This document shows, one piece after another, positions 63,437 to 64,000 of a stretch of 64,000 bases of DNA. The DNA comes from Podarcis vaucheri (Eukaryota). How positions within the stretch are numbered: the first letter of the stretch is position 1; each line of letters starts with the position of its first letter. Position numbers and translations under genes: made by a program. The stretch is taken from the NCBI GenBank assembly GCA_965113315.1, contig OZ220365.1. The stretch is one strand, 5' to 3'. The notes beneath the pieces were generated by a model. It was given only the letters and a program-made list of their open reading frames with translations, did no database searches and was not told the origin of the DNA.

Positions 63437-64000
63437 GCCTCTTCATGGATCACTGCCTTGCCGGGGTGAAGGGACTTGAATAACTCAAAGAAGCTATGAG
63501 CTATGCCATGCAGGGCCACCCAAGATGGACAGGTCATAGTGGAGAGTTTTGACCAAACGTGATCCACCTGGAGCAGGAACCGGCAAGCCACTCCAGTATC
63601 CCTGCCAAGAAAACTCCATGGACAAAGGCAACAGGCATATAAAAGTTATGACGCTGGAAGATGAGCCCCTCAGGTCGGAAGGCGTCCAACATGCTACTGA
63701 GGAAGAGCGGAGGACAAGTACAAGTAGATTCAAAGCTGATGAAGCGGCTGGGCCAAAGCCGAAAGGACACTCAGTTGTGGCTATGCCTGGAAGCGAAAGG
63801 AAAGTCCAATGCTGTAAAGAAAAATATTGCATAGGAACCTGGAATGTAAGAGCCATGAACCTTGGTAAGTTGGATGTGGTAAAAAATGAGATGGCAAAAA
63901 TAAATATTGACATTCTCGGCATCAGTGAACTAAAATGGACAGGAATGGGCAAATTCAGTTTGGATGACCATCATATCTACTACTGTGGGCAAGAATCCCG
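63437..64000 (+). mobile_element. RTE-BovB LINE, 5' UTR and start of ORF; runs off the right edge
   Basis: Starts GCCTCTTCATGGATCACTGCCTTG and continues into the BovB endonuclease. Confidence 0.93.
63618..64000 (+). CDS. BovB ORF N-terminus (APE-type endonuclease), partial and open to the window end
   Basis: In-frame ATGs at 63618, 63648 and 63783; reads ...CCKEKYCIGTWNVRAMNLGKLDVVKNEMAKINIDILGISELKWTGMGKFSLDDHHIYYCGQES with no stop. TWNVR and DILGISE are APE endonuclease motifs. The true start codon is uncertain. Confidence 0.85.
   Translation, partial: MDKGNRHIKVMTLEDEPLRSEGVQHATEEERRTSTSRFKADEAAGPKPKGHSVVAMPGSERKVQCCKEKYCIGTWNVRAMNLGKLDVVKNEMAKINIDILGISELKWTGMGKFSLDDHHIYYCGQES

Noticed and set aside
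63494-63952. 152-aa minus-strand ORF and its twin at 60643-60918
   Set aside because: Antisense frames of BovB.

Overview
This is AT-rich, CpG-depleted eukaryotic DNA with no recognisable host protein-coding gene, rRNA, genuine tRNA or CRISPR array. The repeat set (Sauria SINEs, Squam3-like SINEs with (TTC)n tails, RTE-BovB, a Penelope fragment, L2, L1, Gypsy LTRs, pogo-type and hAT MITEs) points to a squamate reptile, most likely a lacertid lizard (inference). Nearly all ORFs in the supplied track are chance ORFs or repeat read-throughs. The protein-like sequence I recognise is all transposon-derived: a broken Gypsy gag at the left edge, L2/L1/RTE fragments, and an open BovB endonuclease N-terminus running off the right edge. 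All 7 long CA/TG microsatellites share one orientation and there is one good-looking 137-bp minus-strand exon, which suggests but does not prove a long intron of a minus-strand gene. The best observations are (1) a complete minimal hammerhead ribozyme motif in a Penelope fragment at 45161-45200, (2) a three-layer LTR > Sauria SINE > related LTR nest at 39344-40337, (3) an in-frame BovB-5'/other-RTE-3' chimera at 60550-61058, (4) a tRNA-Lys/CR1-tail SINE, and (5) a perfect 34-bp palindrome. I cannot support a wholly new biological system from the sequence alone. Family names come from recall, not from a database search.
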